NCBI GenBank assembly: GCA_965197725.1
Contig: CBDANQ010000053.1
Location: forward strand, 19,289 to 83,288
DNA length: 64,000 bases
Source: Longimicrobiales bacterium
GTDB lineage: Bacteria > Gemmatimonadota > Gemmatimonadetes > Longimicrobiales > Gaopeijiaceae
Direction: 5' to 3'
The position numbers and the translations under genes were made by a program. The stretch's first letter is position 1; each line of letters opens with the position of its first letter. Positions 42,471 through 53,744 of this stretch are shown here, in pieces. The notes beneath the pieces were generated by a model. It searched no databases. It was given only the letters and a program-made list of their open reading frames with translations, and was not told the origin of the DNA.

Positions 42471-43178
42471 TCAGGCATGGTCGTTCCGTGCAGCCAGAAT
42501 CGCTTCCGCGATCGGGATGTCTTCGGGCCGAGTCAGCTTGATGTCGGTGGACCCGCCATCGACCATCTGAACCTTGCCCCCGACGGACTCCACGAGCGCG
42601 GAGTCATCGGTGCCGCTCCCAGCTCCCTCGTATGCGCGCCGGAGAAGATCGGCTGGAAAGACCTGCGGTGTGTGCGCATGCCACATCGCGACTCGACTCG
42701 GAGTGTCGACCACTCGCCCCTGTTTGTCGACTCTCTTTATGGTGTCGACCGCGGGGCGCCCCGCGACTGCCCCGCGCCCTTCAGCCGCGATGTCGATGCA
42801 CTCGGAGATCATGGCCTGAGTCACCAACGGCCGCGCGGCGTCGTGAACCGCGATGATGTCCACGTCGTGGGGCAGAGCCAGAATCGCATTTCGGACCGAG
42901 TCGGTTCGCGTGTCGCCTCCGGCCACGACCTTGACGCGACCGTCGAGGTCGATGATCCACGCGGGGGGCTCGGCGGCGGCGTCCGGTGCGAGCGCAACGA
43001 CAACCGCCACGACACGAGGCTCGGACAGGAAGGGCCGGAGCGCATGGCGAAGTACCGGCTCACCGGCGAGCTCGACGAACGGTTTCCTCAATCCACCCAT
43101 ACGAACGCCGAGTCCAGCGGCGGGCACGGCGACCCCCACTCGAGGGGCCGATTCGGACCTGTCCCGCGGTCCGGTCAT
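42471..43178 (-). CDS. ispD: 2-C-methyl-D-erythritol 4-phosphate cytidylyltransferase
   Basis: PAAGLGVRMG, VHDAARP, HTPQVF, TDD. Confidence 0.95.
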   Translation of the reverse strand: MTGPRDRSESAPRVGVAVPAAGLGVRMGGLRKPFVELAGEPVLRHALRPFLSEPRVVAVVVALAPDAAAEPPAWIIDLDGRVKVVAGGDTRTDSVRNAILALPHDVDIIAVHDAARPLVTQAMISECIDIAAEGRGAVAGRPAVDTIKRVDKQGRVVDTPSRVAMWHAHTPQVFPADLLRRAYEGAGSGTDDSALVESVGGKVQMVDGGSTDIKLTRPEDIPIAEAILAARNDHA

Positions 43179-44602
43179 GGACCGAGGCTCGGTCCCTCGC
43201 TCTGTGGTCCGCCTGCGCCCCCCCCGGGCTCGCGCTGGACAGAGTCGAACCGAGTGTAGGCCTTCTGGAAGAACAACTCCACCACGCCCGTCGGGCCGTT
43301 TCTCTGCTTGCTCACAATCAACTCCGCCTTCCCCTCGAGCTCCTCACGCTTGTCCGGTGAAGCGTAGTACTCGGGCCGGTACAGGAACATGACGATATCG
43401 GCATCCTGCTCGATCGAACCGGAATCCCTGAGGTCCGACAGCATGGGTCGTTTGTCCGTCCGCTGCTCGGGCCCGCGGCTCAGCTGGGAGAGCGCCACGA
43501 CGGGGACTTCGAGCTCGCGAGCGAGTGCTTTCAGGCCGCGAGAGATCTGGCTGACCTCTTGCACGCGGCTCTCCGTCCTCCCGGCTCCCGACATCAGCTG
43601 CATGTAGTCGATGACGACCATGCCTAGATCCTTGCCATCGGCGCGCAGCTCCGACTGGAGGCGACGCGCCTTGGCGCGGATCTCGAGCACGTTGCTGCCG
43701 GGCGCATCGTCGATCCAGATCGGCGCGGTGTTGAGATGCCCGGCCGCGGCGGCGAGCCGCTGGTGTTCCTCTGGCGAGAGCCAGCCCCGCCGCAGCTTCA
43801 GCGCGTCGATGCGCCCTTCGGCGCACAGGAGGCGCTGGACGAGCTGCTCGGACGACATCTCGAGTGAGAAGACAGCGACAGGAATGTTGTTCGAGATCGC
43901 GGCATTCGCGGTGACGTTGAGCACCCACGACGTCTTACCCATCGAGGGGCGCGCCGCGACGATCGCCAAGTCACCCTTCTGCAGCCCCGTCGTGATGCGG
44001 TCGAGGTCCCGGAATCCTGTGGCCACGCCGGTGATGCCACTGTCGGACTCCTGAAGCCGCTCGATGTGCTCGAACGCCGACCAAAGGACCTCCTTGATCC
44101 AGACGAAGCCCTGTCGTTTGTGACTCTCCGCGACTCGGAAAATTCGCGCTTCCGCTTGATCGAGGATCTCATCGACCTCGCGCTCACCCTGGTCATAGAC
44201 GTCCCGGATGATTTGCGACGATTGCTCGACGAGTCGCCGCAGCAATGCCTTGTCGCGAACGATGCGAGCGTGGTACTCGAGGTTGGCCGCTGTGGGCACG
44301 GCATCAACGAGCGCGGCCAGGTAGTCGAACCCCCCGGCCGATTCCATCTCACCGGTCTTCTTGAGCTCCTCCGAGACCGTGATCACATCGATCACGTCCC
44401 CGCGTTCGAAGAGGCGGACCATGGCCCGGTAGAGCCGTCGGTTCGCCTCCCGATAGAACATGGAGTCGTTGAGGAACTCCACGGCCCGCGGCACCGCGTC
44501 CCGGTCGATCAGCATGCCACCCAGTACGGCGGTCTCCGCCTCGAGCGAGAACGGAGGCGTCCGATCGAATACGGCCTGGGCGAGGTTAGGTGAGGCTTCC
44601 AT
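43175..44602 (-). CDS. dnaB: Replicative DNA helicase
   Basis: AARPSMGKT, IDYMQL, LRDSGSIEQDAD; no intein visible. Confidence 0.97.
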   Translation of the reverse strand: MEASPNLAQAVFDRTPPFSLEAETAVLGGMLIDRDAVPRAVEFLNDSMFYREANRRLYRAMVRLFERGDVIDVITVSEELKKTGEMESAGGFDYLAALVDAVPTAANLEYHARIVRDKALLRRLVEQSSQIIRDVYDQGEREVDEILDQAEARIFRVAESHKRQGFVWIKEVLWSAFEHIERLQESDSGITGVATGFRDLDRITTGLQKGDLAIVAARPSMGKTSWVLNVTANAAISNNIPVAVFSLEMSSEQLVQRLLCAEGRIDALKLRRGWLSPEEHQRLAAAAGHLNTAPIWIDDAPGSNVLEIRAKARRLQSELRADGKDLGMVVIDYMQLMSGAGRTESRVQEVSQISRGLKALARELEVPVVALSQLSRGPEQRTDKRPMLSDLRDSGSIEQDADIVMFLYRPEYYASPDKREELEGKAELIVSKQRNGPTGVVELFFQKAYTRFDSVQREPGGGAGGPQSEGPSLGP

Positions 44603-44637
44603 TGGTCCTAAGATACACACGCCGTCAAGCGCGCAAC

Positions 44638-45363
44638 CTACGCGCTATTCATGACCCCCCTGAGTAGCTGCAGGTCGTCCCAGAACGCACGGGTCCACTT
44701 CGGATTTCGCAACAGGGCTGCGGGGTGATACGTAACGACGAGGGGGACCCCTTGGTAGCTGTGAACCTCTCCCCGAAGCTCGCCCAGGGCGATTTTTTGC
44801 CGACCGGTGAGAAGCTGCGCCGCGAACGTTCCGACCGCCAGCAGCGCCTCGGGCTGGATGAGCTCGATCTGCCTCTTGAGGTAGGGGGAGCACGCCTCGA
44901 TCTCGTCGGGCATCGGATTCCGGTTCCCGGGCGGCCTGCACTTGAGCACGTTGCAGATGTAGACCGAGTCCTCCCGTGAGAGATCGACGGTGGCCAGCAA
45001 CAGGTCCAGGAACTTGCCCGCCTGGCCGACGAACGGGAGTCCGGTCTTGTCCTCGTTGGCGCCGGGAGCCTCGCCGACAACCATGAGCCGCGCACGCTCC
45101 GACCCATCCGAGAACACGACGTTGGTGCGGCCCTCGGCGAGCCGACACAGCGTGCAAGACATCGCGGCGTCCCGCAGCTCCGTGTAGGACGCCGGCAGCT
45201 CGGGGAAGGCTCCTCGCGGAGCCTCCGCGGACGCAGCCACCCGCGCAAGCCTGAGCGCCTCTCCCCGCGTAAGGCTATCCAGGAACAGGTCGGGGCCGCC
45301 GACCTCGGCGCGCTGACGCAACAGTCGTGCAGCTTCTGTTCGGAGGGAATGTCGGCCAGTCAC
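44638..45363 (-). CDS. Uracil-DNA glycosylase, family 4
   Basis: CTLC, GEAPG, KCRPPGNR, TYHPAALLR. Confidence 0.93.
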   Translation of the reverse strand: MTGRHSLRTEAARLLRQRAEVGGPDLFLDSLTRGEALRLARVAASAEAPRGAFPELPASYTELRDAAMSCTLCRLAEGRTNVVFSDGSERARLMVVGEAPGANEDKTGLPFVGQAGKFLDLLLATVDLSREDSVYICNVLKCRPPGNRNPMPDEIEACSPYLKRQIELIQPEALLAVGTFAAQLLTGRQKIALGELRGEVHSYQGVPLVVTYHPAALLRNPKWTRAFWDDLQLLRGVMNSA

Positions 45364-46601
45364 GCTTCGCCGTCCAGGCGACGCAACACGCGCTCCATCA
45401 GCTCCTCGGCGAGGGCTTCCTTGCTCATGAGGGGAAGTTCTTCCGGAACGCCATCGCCGCACAGGAGAGTGACGCGATTGGTCGGAACTTCGAAGCCCGA
45501 GCCGGCCTCCGTCGCGTCGTTCGCCACCAAGAGGTCGAACCCCTTCACCTCGAGCTTCTTCTGGGCGTTCGCCAGCAGATCGTTGGTTTCGAGCGCAAAG
45601 CCGACCGCTAAGCTTCCCTCTTTGCGAAAGCCGATCGTACCGGCCGCCACGTCCGGGTTCGCGACCAGTGGCACGGTCAGGGCATCGCCGGTGTCGGCAC
45701 GGTTCACCTTCTGATCTCTTGCCTCAAGGGGCCGGAAGTCCGCGACCGCCGCCGCGAAGACCGTCACATCCGCGGAGGAGACCAGGCCCTGCACGGCATC
45801 GTGCATTTCGACCGCGCTCTCTACTGGAATCAGGTCGACTCCGACAGGGATCTCGAGCGCGGTGGGTCCAGAGACGAGCGTGACCGCCGCGCCGTGCCGC
45901 CAGGCAGCCTGCGCGATTGCGAACCCCATGCGGCCAGAAGAGCGGTTTCCCAGATAGCGTACCGGGTCGACGGCCTCACGCGTCGGACCCGCGGTGACCA
46001 ACACGCGCTTCCCCGTGAGTGGGCCTTCGCCCGCCAGCGCACGACCGACGTGCTCTTCGATCTGCCACGGCTCGATCATGCGGCCCGGGCCCTCCCCCTC
46101 GCCCACCGCGAGCGCGCCTTCGGCCGGCCCGGCCACGGTGTACCCGAGCTCGTCCCGGAGGTGTGCCAGGTTCGCTTGCACCTGCGGATGCGAGAACATC
46201 TTGTGGTTCATCGCTGGACAGAGGATGACCGGCGCCCGCGTCGCGAGCAGCGTCGTGCAGATGAGGTCGTCGGAGCGGCCCTGGGCGGCGCGTGCCAGAA
46301 GATCCGCCGTCGCGGGCGCGACACAGATCACATCGGCCTCCCGCCCCAGGCGGATGTGGAGCGCGGCCCCCTCCGCTGAGAAGAGGTCTGAGAGCGCGGG
46401 TCGGCCTGTGACGCCCTCGAAACTGAGGGGCGCCACGAAGTTTTGAGCTGACCCGGTGAGAACCGAGTCGACCTTGGCTCCAAGGCGCGTCAGATCACGC
46501 GCGACCCGAATCGACTTGTAGGCCGCGATCCCCCCGGTGACCCCCAGAACGACGTGCCTATCCTTCCACGGGCGTCGGGGAGTCAGTCTGAGGTCTGGCA
46601 T
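45360..46601 (-). CDS. coaBC: Bifunctional CoaBC
   Basis: GVTGGIAAYK, PAMN, DPVRYLGNRSSG, VGFALET. Confidence 0.96.
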   Translation of the reverse strand: MPDLRLTPRRPWKDRHVVLGVTGGIAAYKSIRVARDLTRLGAKVDSVLTGSAQNFVAPLSFEGVTGRPALSDLFSAEGAALHIRLGREADVICVAPATADLLARAAQGRSDDLICTTLLATRAPVILCPAMNHKMFSHPQVQANLAHLRDELGYTVAGPAEGALAVGEGEGPGRMIEPWQIEEHVGRALAGEGPLTGKRVLVTAGPTREAVDPVRYLGNRSSGRMGFAIAQAAWRHGAAVTLVSGPTALEIPVGVDLIPVESAVEMHDAVQGLVSSADVTVFAAAVADFRPLEARDQKVNRADTGDALTVPLVANPDVAAGTIGFRKEGSLAVGFALETNDLLANAQKKLEVKGFDLLVANDATEAGSGFEVPTNRVTLLCGDGVPEELPLMSKEALAEELMERVLRRLDGEA

Positions 46602-46617
46602 GCGATAGGTGGCTTCC

Positions 46618-46854
46618 TCAGCCGGATCCGGTCAGGGGGCCGTCGCCCTTGGGGCGGCGCTTCACCAAACGGAACTCGATCTGTCCGGAGGTCAACGCCT
46701 CGAGGGAGCGGGTCGTGAGTTTCTTTTCTTCGCCGAGCGGCATGGATTCACGCGGAAGAGTGTTGAGCTCTCGCGCGTATTTCGCGGCGACGAGCACACC
46801 GAGGTACTTGCTATCCGTGCCGGTGGCGACTTCGTCGGGCGTAAAGACCCTCAT
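46618..46854 (-). CDS. rpoZ: RNA polymerase omega subunit
   Basis: SKYLGVLVAAKYARELN; gmk-rpoZ-coaBC synteny. Confidence 0.9.
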   Translation of the reverse strand: MRVFTPDEVATGTDSKYLGVLVAAKYARELNTLPRESMPLGEEKKLTTRSLEALTSGQIEFRLVKRRPKGDGPLTGSG

Positions 46855-46864
46855 AATCTACTCC

Positions 46865-47518
46865 TCAGTTACCCACGTTCTCGTACTCTTCTTCCAGGAT
46901 CCGCGCGATACCTGCGCGAAGCACGTCGATGTTCTCCAAGCGAACGGCCTCAAGGGCGCTCCCTGGCTTCCCCGTCACGATCTCCTCGATCTCCTCTACA
47001 CACCGATCGACATCGTCGTTCACCACGCAATGGTCGAACTCGGATGCGGCGCGCAACTCATCCAACGCGGACCGCAGCCGCAGCTCCACCTCCCGCGCTC
47101 CTTCCGTCCCTCGCCCCGTCAGCCGCTTCATCAACACCGCGACCGACGGTGGTAGGACGAAGATCAATCTCGCGTCGGGGACCGAATCTCGGATCTGACG
47201 TGCTCCCTGCACGTCGATGACCAGCACTGCATGCTCACCTCGCGAGGCGGCTGCCTCAAGGGCTGCGCGTGGCGTCCCGTACGAGCGCCCATGCACAGTG
47301 GCCCATTCAACGAGGTCCCCGGCGTCGATCATCGCCTCGAAATCGCCCTCGCTCACGAAAAAATAATCGACCCCGTCCTTCTCGCCCTCACGAGGCGCGC
47401 GCGTCGTCGCGGAGGTCGAGAAAACGAACCGGTCCGAAACGTCGACGAGCCGCCGGGCGAGGGTTGTCTTGCCAGCGCCGCTCGGTGCGGCCAGGACCAC
47501 GGGCGCCGCACGCGTCAC
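46865..47518 (-). CDS. gmk: Guanylate kinase
   Basis: APSGAGKTT, TTRAPREGEKDGVDY. Confidence 0.95.
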   Translation of the reverse strand: MTRAAPVVLAAPSGAGKTTLARRLVDVSDRFVFSTSATTRAPREGEKDGVDYFFVSEGDFEAMIDAGDLVEWATVHGRSYGTPRAALEAAASRGEHAVLVIDVQGARQIRDSVPDARLIFVLPPSVAVLMKRLTGRGTEGAREVELRLRSALDELRAASEFDHCVVNDDVDRCVEEIEEIVTGKPGSALEAVRLENIDVLRAGIARILEEEYENVGN

Positions 47519-48402
47519 TCGATGTTCTCGACTTGCTCGCGAATCCGCTCCACCTCCTCCTTGAGGGTCACGGAGTCGTGCGAGATCTGGGAGTCGTTCG
47601 CTTTCGATGCGATGGTATTCGCTTCGCGGTGCATCTCCTGCACGAGAAAGCCGAGCCGCTTCCCAACGGGCTCCTCGGCGTCGGCCAAAAGCGTCTCTTG
47701 GAACAGCTCGATATGCGAACGGAGGCGCACCAGCTCCTCGTTGATGTCCCACTTCTCCGCCAGGTACGCGATTTCACGCGCCAGACGGTCCTCGTCGACC
47801 GAAACCTGCTCGGAAAGCTCCTTCACCACCTCCCTCAGTCGGTCCCGCTCCGCCACGAGCCGTTCCGGGGCTCGCGTTTCCACTCGGTCGAGCGCCTCAG
47901 CCATCGCCGAAAGATGCCGCTCGAGATCTGCGCGTAGCCGTGCGCCCTCGGCTTCACGAAGCGATCGCACCGACCGTCCCGCATCCTCAGCAAGCGAGCG
48001 GAGGAGTTCCGGTTCGACGCCCTGGGTGCCATCCTGTTCGGGTGCCCGGAACAGGTCGCCAACGCGCGTTAGCATTCCCAAATCGACTTCGCCCGGCACA
48101 TCGAGCTCAGACTTAAGCGACTCGAGCGACGCCCGAATCTGCCGTGCCAGATCGAAGTCGATCTGCCGTACCGCGCCGCTTTCCGTCGCGGAACGGTCGA
48201 TCGTCAATAACGCGCTGACGTGGCCCCGAAAAAGGTGCCGCTTCAACGCTTCAGCGATCTCATGTTCGAATCTGTCGAAGCCGGATGGTGTCTTGATGCT
48301 GGTGTTGAAGAAGCGATGGTTGACCGTCTTCACCTCCAGTCTCAAGCGACCCGCGGGTGATTCCCGCTCAGCCTCTCCGTACCCGGTCATGCTCCGGATC
48401 AT
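47515..48402 (-). CDS. yicC: YicC/YloC-family endoribonuclease
   Basis: MIRSMTGYG..VNHRF..IREQVENIE. Confidence 0.95.
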   Translation of the reverse strand: MIRSMTGYGEAERESPAGRLRLEVKTVNHRFFNTSIKTPSGFDRFEHEIAEALKRHLFRGHVSALLTIDRSATESGAVRQIDFDLARQIRASLESLKSELDVPGEVDLGMLTRVGDLFRAPEQDGTQGVEPELLRSLAEDAGRSVRSLREAEGARLRADLERHLSAMAEALDRVETRAPERLVAERDRLREVVKELSEQVSVDEDRLAREIAYLAEKWDINEELVRLRSHIELFQETLLADAEEPVGKRLGFLVQEMHREANTIASKANDSQISHDSVTLKEEVERIREQVENIE

Positions 48403-48443
48403 GGACGACCTCCGCAGAGCCGAAAAAGGTAACGCCTGTGGGC

Positions 48444-50324
48444 TCAGTTCCACATCGTCCAGCGGAGGCCGTACCAGGTGCGCGTAATGGGCAGCACCCG
48501 CCCCGGGAAGCTCTGCAGGTTCGGCCGGCGGATGAAGTTGTCCCACCCGATGAAGATCTGGACCGTGACGATGCGGATCTGGATGCGCCCGTACCAGTTC
48601 TGGTAGAAAGGCACCGTCTCGAGCGGGCGCAGGCCTTCTTCGTCTTCCTCACCGAGTATGTGAACGCTCATCGGGCTGTTCCCCCGCACGCCGATCTTCC
48701 ACCAGAGCTCGCAGTTCCCGGACTCCAGATAGGTACGGTGGAAGACGAGCGCACCCCTGTAGATCTGTTCCGGCAGGTACGGCCCGGGCTCGTCCCACTG
48801 CTGCAGCGAGCCCTCCAGGCGCAGGCTTTCCCAGAATGTCGGGATCCTGCCCTGCAGTTCCCACCCCGTCCGCTGGGCGCCCGCCAAGAACGGTGAACCC
48901 CGGTCCGGCTCGATTCCGAGCGGGATCAGCGAGTCCGACTCGACCTCTAGCACCGCACCCGACAGGGAAACACCACGCCAGGACAATGCCGCGCCGAGTC
49001 TCGTGCCGCGCCGGTCCGTTATTCCGAAGAGCGGCGCGGTCGTGACGTCCTCGTCGGCTTCGGGGAGTTCGGTTCCCTCGCCCGCGGTTGAGTCGAGAGG
49101 ATGCACCGCGTCGAGCACCGGCGTGGTGCGCGATCCGTATGTGCCCGACTCCCAGGAGCCGAAGAGTGCGACGACACCCAGGAGCGGCTCGGTCCACGCG
49201 CGCACACGCGTGCTCGACGTCGAGTTGTCGGCCCACGATCCCCGTGCCAGGTCGGCCGACATACCTCCCACGCCTGGCCGACTCGCACCACCGGTCAGAT
49301 CGATCCGGCTGGCGGGCAGGTCGTCTCCGCCGAAACGTCGGTATTCCCCTCGCGCCCATAGGCCCGAGCGGCTGACTCCGAGCCGGAGCCCGCGCTGGCT
49401 CCGGCTTCCTCCCTCCAGCTCGTACGCCTCCCGGGCGTCCTCCACGTCGTGCGACGACCCGCCCGTATACGCCTCGCCTACCACGCCTTCAGCGAGACGC
49501 ATGCGCCCTCTCAGAGCCCAGTCGGTGCGCGTGATCGGAGACGCGAAGTCGGGTAGATCGGACTCGGTGCCCATGGTTCGGAAGTCGAGCGCCAACCCGG
49601 CATCGTCGCCCCGGTGCACTTGATATCGGAACCAGCTGCCGGTCCGGTTGCCCTTTTCTCGTCCACCAGGGCCGCTGGTATCGACGCGCTCCAGGCCGAT
49701 CCCCACGCTGCCACCCAGCGCGGTGGGATCGGTAAAGGCGCCGCGGAAGATATTCGTACCGAGGTCACCGGTACCCGCCTCGACAAGCGAGTACGGCCGC
49801 CCGTCGTCGTAGTCCAATGACCACATGTCGAGCCGCAACTCGCGCATGCCACGTTCGAGTCGAACGCGCCGGATGCCGGCAAGCCCGATTCGCGCCAGAT
49901 CGACGACCCCGCCCTCGAGCGGGAAGAGCTCGAAGCCGTCGCGGAACACCCTGACGCCGCCGCCCCCCGAGCCAAAGGCGCTGATCGCGGACGGAGTACC
50001 GTAGTCACCCGCGGCCAATACGATCAGCCCGGGGATCTCGGCCACCAGCTCGGCGAGAGTGTTCGCGCCGCTCGCCATGATGCCGGAGTGGTCCCACGAC
50101 CAGACGCCGGTTCCCCACCCGTCCGGCACCTCGCCCTCGAAGACCGGCAGGTTGTAGAAGATCGTGTCCGCGGAAGCGGTGTCTGGCACGACGTCGAACG
50201 CCAGCGAGTCGACGACGGCGCTGTCCAATGGCGCGACGAGCGAGTCCGGCGGTTGCTGTGCCTCCAGCCCGGCAGACGGAAACAGCGCGAGCGCAACCGC
50301 GAGAAGGCGGAGCTTCGAAGGCAT
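48444..50324 (-). CDS. Outer-membrane beta-barrel protein with a plug-like N-terminal domain
   Basis: Signal peptide, amphipathic strands, C-terminal YGLRWTMWN. Confidence 0.7.
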   Translation of the reverse strand: MPSKLRLLAVALALFPSAGLEAQQPPDSLVAPLDSAVVDSLAFDVVPDTASADTIFYNLPVFEGEVPDGWGTGVWSWDHSGIMASGANTLAELVAEIPGLIVLAAGDYGTPSAISAFGSGGGGVRVFRDGFELFPLEGGVVDLARIGLAGIRRVRLERGMRELRLDMWSLDYDDGRPYSLVEAGTGDLGTNIFRGAFTDPTALGGSVGIGLERVDTSGPGGREKGNRTGSWFRYQVHRGDDAGLALDFRTMGTESDLPDFASPITRTDWALRGRMRLAEGVVGEAYTGGSSHDVEDAREAYELEGGSRSQRGLRLGVSRSGLWARGEYRRFGGDDLPASRIDLTGGASRPGVGGMSADLARGSWADNSTSSTRVRAWTEPLLGVVALFGSWESGTYGSRTTPVLDAVHPLDSTAGEGTELPEADEDVTTAPLFGITDRRGTRLGAALSWRGVSLSGAVLEVESDSLIPLGIEPDRGSPFLAGAQRTGWELQGRIPTFWESLRLEGSLQQWDEPGPYLPEQIYRGALVFHRTYLESGNCELWWKIGVRGNSPMSVHILGEEDEEGLRPLETVPFYQNWYGRIQIRIVTVQIFIGWDNFIRRPNLQSFPGRVLPITRTWYGLRWTMWN

Positions 50325-50333
50325 AGCCGTCGT

Positions 50334-50428
50334 GGTGCCCGCTAGGCTACGACTCCTCGTCGTTCCTTGCCTGAACGCGCGCAAGCGCGGGGCACCCACG
50401 CCGTTAAGGCGTGGGTCGCGCGGCCCAC
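50334..50428. repeat. 95-bp palindromic intergenic repeat, copy 2
   Basis: Near-identical to 42351-42445. Confidence 0.92.
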
Positions 50429-50517
50429 TGTACTTCTTCAACAGCCTTCTAGGGAACGCAGGAACGCCCCGACCCGCGACGGGGATCGGGGCGCGAGGAG
50501 CCGTCCGCGCAAATCGG

Positions 50518-51999
50518 TCACCCGGCGCGACTCCGGACCCATTGCACGAGGAGCCGGGTCGGGAATCCGTACCCGCCTTTTCGCTGATACGGGAGCTTGC
50601 CATCCCCGTACGCGGTGCCCGCGATGTCCAGGTGCGCCCACGCGGCATCAAGCACGAACTCGGACAGAAAGCACGCCGCGGTAATCGAGCCGCCCGGACG
50701 CCCGCCGATGTTCTTCAGGTCGGCGGTCTCACTGTCGAGTTGCTTCCGGTACTCCTTCCAGAGCGGTAGCGGCCAACACCGCTCCCCGGACTCGGAGCCG
50801 GCCGCGATCAGCTCCTCGACGATGCCCTCGTCGTTCCCCAGGACCGCCGCGGCATGGTTGCCCAGCGCGATCACTACGGCACCGGTGAGCGTGGCGCAGT
50901 CGACCATCGCCGCCGGATTCAGGCGAGCGCCGTACGTCAGGGCGTCGGCGAGGATGAGACGCCCCTCGGCGTCGGTGTTGATCACTTCGACGGTCTTGCC
51001 CACGAGTGTGTCGATGACGTCACCCGGCTTCACCGCGGTGCCCGACGGCAGATTCTCCGACGACGGCACGATGCCGACGACGTTCGCCTTCAGGCCCAGA
51101 AGCGCGATCGCCTGCATCGCACCGATAACCGCCGCGCCACCGGACATATCGAACTTCATGTCCTGCATGCCGCTGGGCGGCTTCAACGAAATCCCACCCG
51201 CGTCGAACGACAGGCCCTTTCCCACCAATACCAGGGGAGCCTCGCCTTCGGCTCCGCCTTTGTGCTCCATGATGATGAACCGAGCTTCTTCCTCGGACCC
51301 CCGCGAGACCGCGAGGATCGCGTGCATGCCCTCTTCCCGAAGTCGTGCCTCGTCGAACACGGTGACTTCCAGGCCCGCGTTCTCGCCCATCCGCTGTGCT
51401 TCGGCGGCGATGTGTGACGGCGTCGCGACGTTGCCCGGCCTCGACTGCAGAGTGCGCGCGAGGTTCTCGGCCGCTCCGATCGTGGCGCCAACCGCGACCG
51501 CGTCCGCGGCACGCTCACCACCCCCGAGCACGTCAACTGCCGTAACGTCCTCGTCGTCGTCCTCGTCGCCACTCTTCAGTTCGCGAAACTTCCACGCGGC
51601 GAGCGCCGCTCCCTCGGCCGCCGCCTGAGCGGCAGTATCGCCATCGACCTGCGCCAGACTGTCCAGCGACAAGCTCAGGGACGTGATTCCGAGGCGCTCC
51701 GCAACGCGAACCGCCCGAGCGCCGAAGCGTCGTACCGCCTCGCCATCGACCTCATCCGCGGCACCGATCCCGAGCAAGAGCACGCGCTCCGGACCAAGCT
51801 CGGAGCCGTACAGAACGACCTCGTCCTTCGAACGTCCTTTCATGTCGCCGGAGCCCAGCGCGCGACCGAGGGCCCCCTTCAGCGCTTCGTCCAACTGCCC
51901 CAGCGACCCCTCGGCGTCGACGGTCCCTTCGCTGACCCCAACCGCCAACAGCGGCGTGGCGTGCAACAGCGGGTCCGAGTCAACGTAACGAAGCTGCAT
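50518..51999 (-). CDS. pepA: Leucyl aminopeptidase (M17)
   Basis: GKGLSFDAGG, MKFDMSG, NTDAEGRL, HLDIAG. Confidence 0.95.
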   Translation of the reverse strand: MQLRYVDSDPLLHATPLLAVGVSEGTVDAEGSLGQLDEALKGALGRALGSGDMKGRSKDEVVLYGSELGPERVLLLGIGAADEVDGEAVRRFGARAVRVAERLGITSLSLSLDSLAQVDGDTAAQAAAEGAALAAWKFRELKSGDEDDDEDVTAVDVLGGGERAADAVAVGATIGAAENLARTLQSRPGNVATPSHIAAEAQRMGENAGLEVTVFDEARLREEGMHAILAVSRGSEEEARFIIMEHKGGAEGEAPLVLVGKGLSFDAGGISLKPPSGMQDMKFDMSGGAAVIGAMQAIALLGLKANVVGIVPSSENLPSGTAVKPGDVIDTLVGKTVEVINTDAEGRLILADALTYGARLNPAAMVDCATLTGAVVIALGNHAAAVLGNDEGIVEELIAAGSESGERCWPLPLWKEYRKQLDSETADLKNIGGRPGGSITAACFLSEFVLDAAWAHLDIAGTAYGDGKLPYQRKGGYGFPTRLLVQWVRSRAG

Positions 52000-52091
52000 G
52001 GGGTCGCCTGGGCTTGCGGAGTTCATGGGGGGGACGGCGACCCTTAGTTCACGAGATTCGTCCCTTCGTTCCATCGCTTTGCGGGGGTTCC

Positions 52092-53201
52092 CTATGAGTC
52101 GACGCCCTCTGCCGTCTCGAGCACCAGTTGGTCCACGACCGCCTTGAGGTCTCCGGTCTCTCGGAATGTCGCGAGCTGCCGGTCGGCGCTCGTACCCTCC
52201 TCGAGGATCTTGAACGCGTACTCGACCTTCTCCCGGCTCCCGAGGTCGTCCACGACATCCGTGAGGAACCAGTCGAGCAACTCCTGGATCACGTGGCGAG
52301 CGGGCCGCTCGGCTTCTTGGCCGAGATCGAGCAGGTTGCCTTCCACGCCGTAGCGAACCGCCCGCCACTTGTTCTCTTCAATGAGCGTGAGCGGGTAGAC
52401 GCGGAACGTCATGTTGTCGCGGCGCAGCCTCCAGAGCTTGGCGACGAGCGCCTGGAGGATCGCCGCGATGCACACCGCCTCATCGACTCGCGTGCACATG
52501 TCGCACAGCCGGAACTCGAGCGTCGGGTACAGGTGATGGGGCCGTATGTCCCACCAGATCTTGGATGCGTCGGGAATCGCGTTCGCGTTGACGAGCACGC
52601 CGACGAGCTTTTCGTAGTCCGCGAATGTCTCGAACGTCGGCGGCACACCCGTGCGCGGGAAGTTGCGCCACAGCACGCTCCGATATGACTTCAGGCCGGT
52701 CTGACGGCCGCTCCAGAAGGGCGAGCTTGTCGAAAGCGCGAGGACGTGCGGCAGGAAGTACCGCGACACTTTCATGCAGTCGATCAGGAACTCCGGATCC
52801 TCGATCCCGACGTGTACGTGCATGCCGAAGATCAGATTCTTGCGCGCGAGCTCCTGGAGATCCTGCTCCACGCCCAGGTAGCGTTCGAGCGGCGTGATCT
52901 CCTGATCCATCCACGAGGAGAACGGATGAGTTCCGGCGGCGAGGATCTCGAGGCCATCCTTGGCGGCCAGGTCCATGACCGCGCGCCGGAGTCGGACGAC
53001 CTCCGAGCGGATCTCCCCGGCGGTTCGGCACACCGTGCTGCCGACCTCGACGGCGGACTGATGCAGCTCGGGCTTGACATCCTCGACGGTGATACGTCCG
53101 TGCTCGAGGATCTGTGTGATAAAGGATTTCAGCTCGCCGGTCTCAGGGTCGACGATCTGGTACTCCTCTTCGATTCCGAGGGTGAGGGAGGGTGCTTTCA
53201 T
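52092..53201 (-). CDS. Carboxylate-amine ligase (YbdK/GCS2 family)
   Basis: [36 protein letters not shown]. Confidence 0.93.
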   Translation of the reverse strand: MKAPSLTLGIEEEYQIVDPETGELKSFITQILEHGRITVEDVKPELHQSAVEVGSTVCRTAGEIRSEVVRLRRAVMDLAAKDGLEILAAGTHPFSSWMDQEITPLERYLGVEQDLQELARKNLIFGMHVHVGIEDPEFLIDCMKVSRYFLPHVLALSTSSPFWSGRQTGLKSYRSVLWRNFPRTGVPPTFETFADYEKLVGVLVNANAIPDASKIWWDIRPHHLYPTLEFRLCDMCTRVDEAVCIAAILQALVAKLWRLRRDNMTFRVYPLTLIEENKWRAVRYGVEGNLLDLGQEAERPARHVIQELLDWFLTDVVDDLGSREKVEYAFKILEEGTSADRQLATFRETGDLKAVVDQLVLETAEGVDS

Positions 53202-53740
53202 GAATCTCCTCTGGCCTTCTAAGACTCTGTCGATGATCGCGTTGAGGGTAGCACTCGGACGCATTGCGGCGGCAGCCCGGTCCTGATCGGGCAGGTAATA
53301 GCCGCCGACATCCTGCGGTGAACCCTGGGCGCCGTTCAGCTCGGAGATGATCTTCTCCTCCTCCTGTGCCAGAGCCGCGGCCACCGGGCCGAATCGCTCG
53401 GCCAATTCGGCGTCGGACTCCTGCTTCGCCAGAGCCTGCGCCCAGTAGAGCGTCAGACAAAAAGCACTCCCCCGGTTGTCGAGCTCGTGCACCCTGCGGG
53501 AAGGCGCGCGCGCGTTCTCGAGATACCGGGCGGTGGCCGTATCGAGCGCATCGCCCAGGACCCGCGCGCCGGCGTTGTCGAATGGATCGCCCAGGTGCTG
53601 CAGTGAGGCGCCGAGCGCCATGTACTCACCCAGCGAGTCCCACCTGAGGTGTCCCTCGAGCTCGAACTGTTGCACGTGCTTGGGTGCCGAGCCGCTCGCG
53701 CCGGTCTCGAAGAGCCCGCCGCCGTTGAGCAGAGGCACTC
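53202..53740 (-). pseudogene. icd: C-terminal fragment of monomeric NADP isocitrate dehydrogenase
   Basis: [39 protein letters not shown]; only about 180 codons present. Confidence 0.88.
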
Positions 53741-53744
53741 CGTC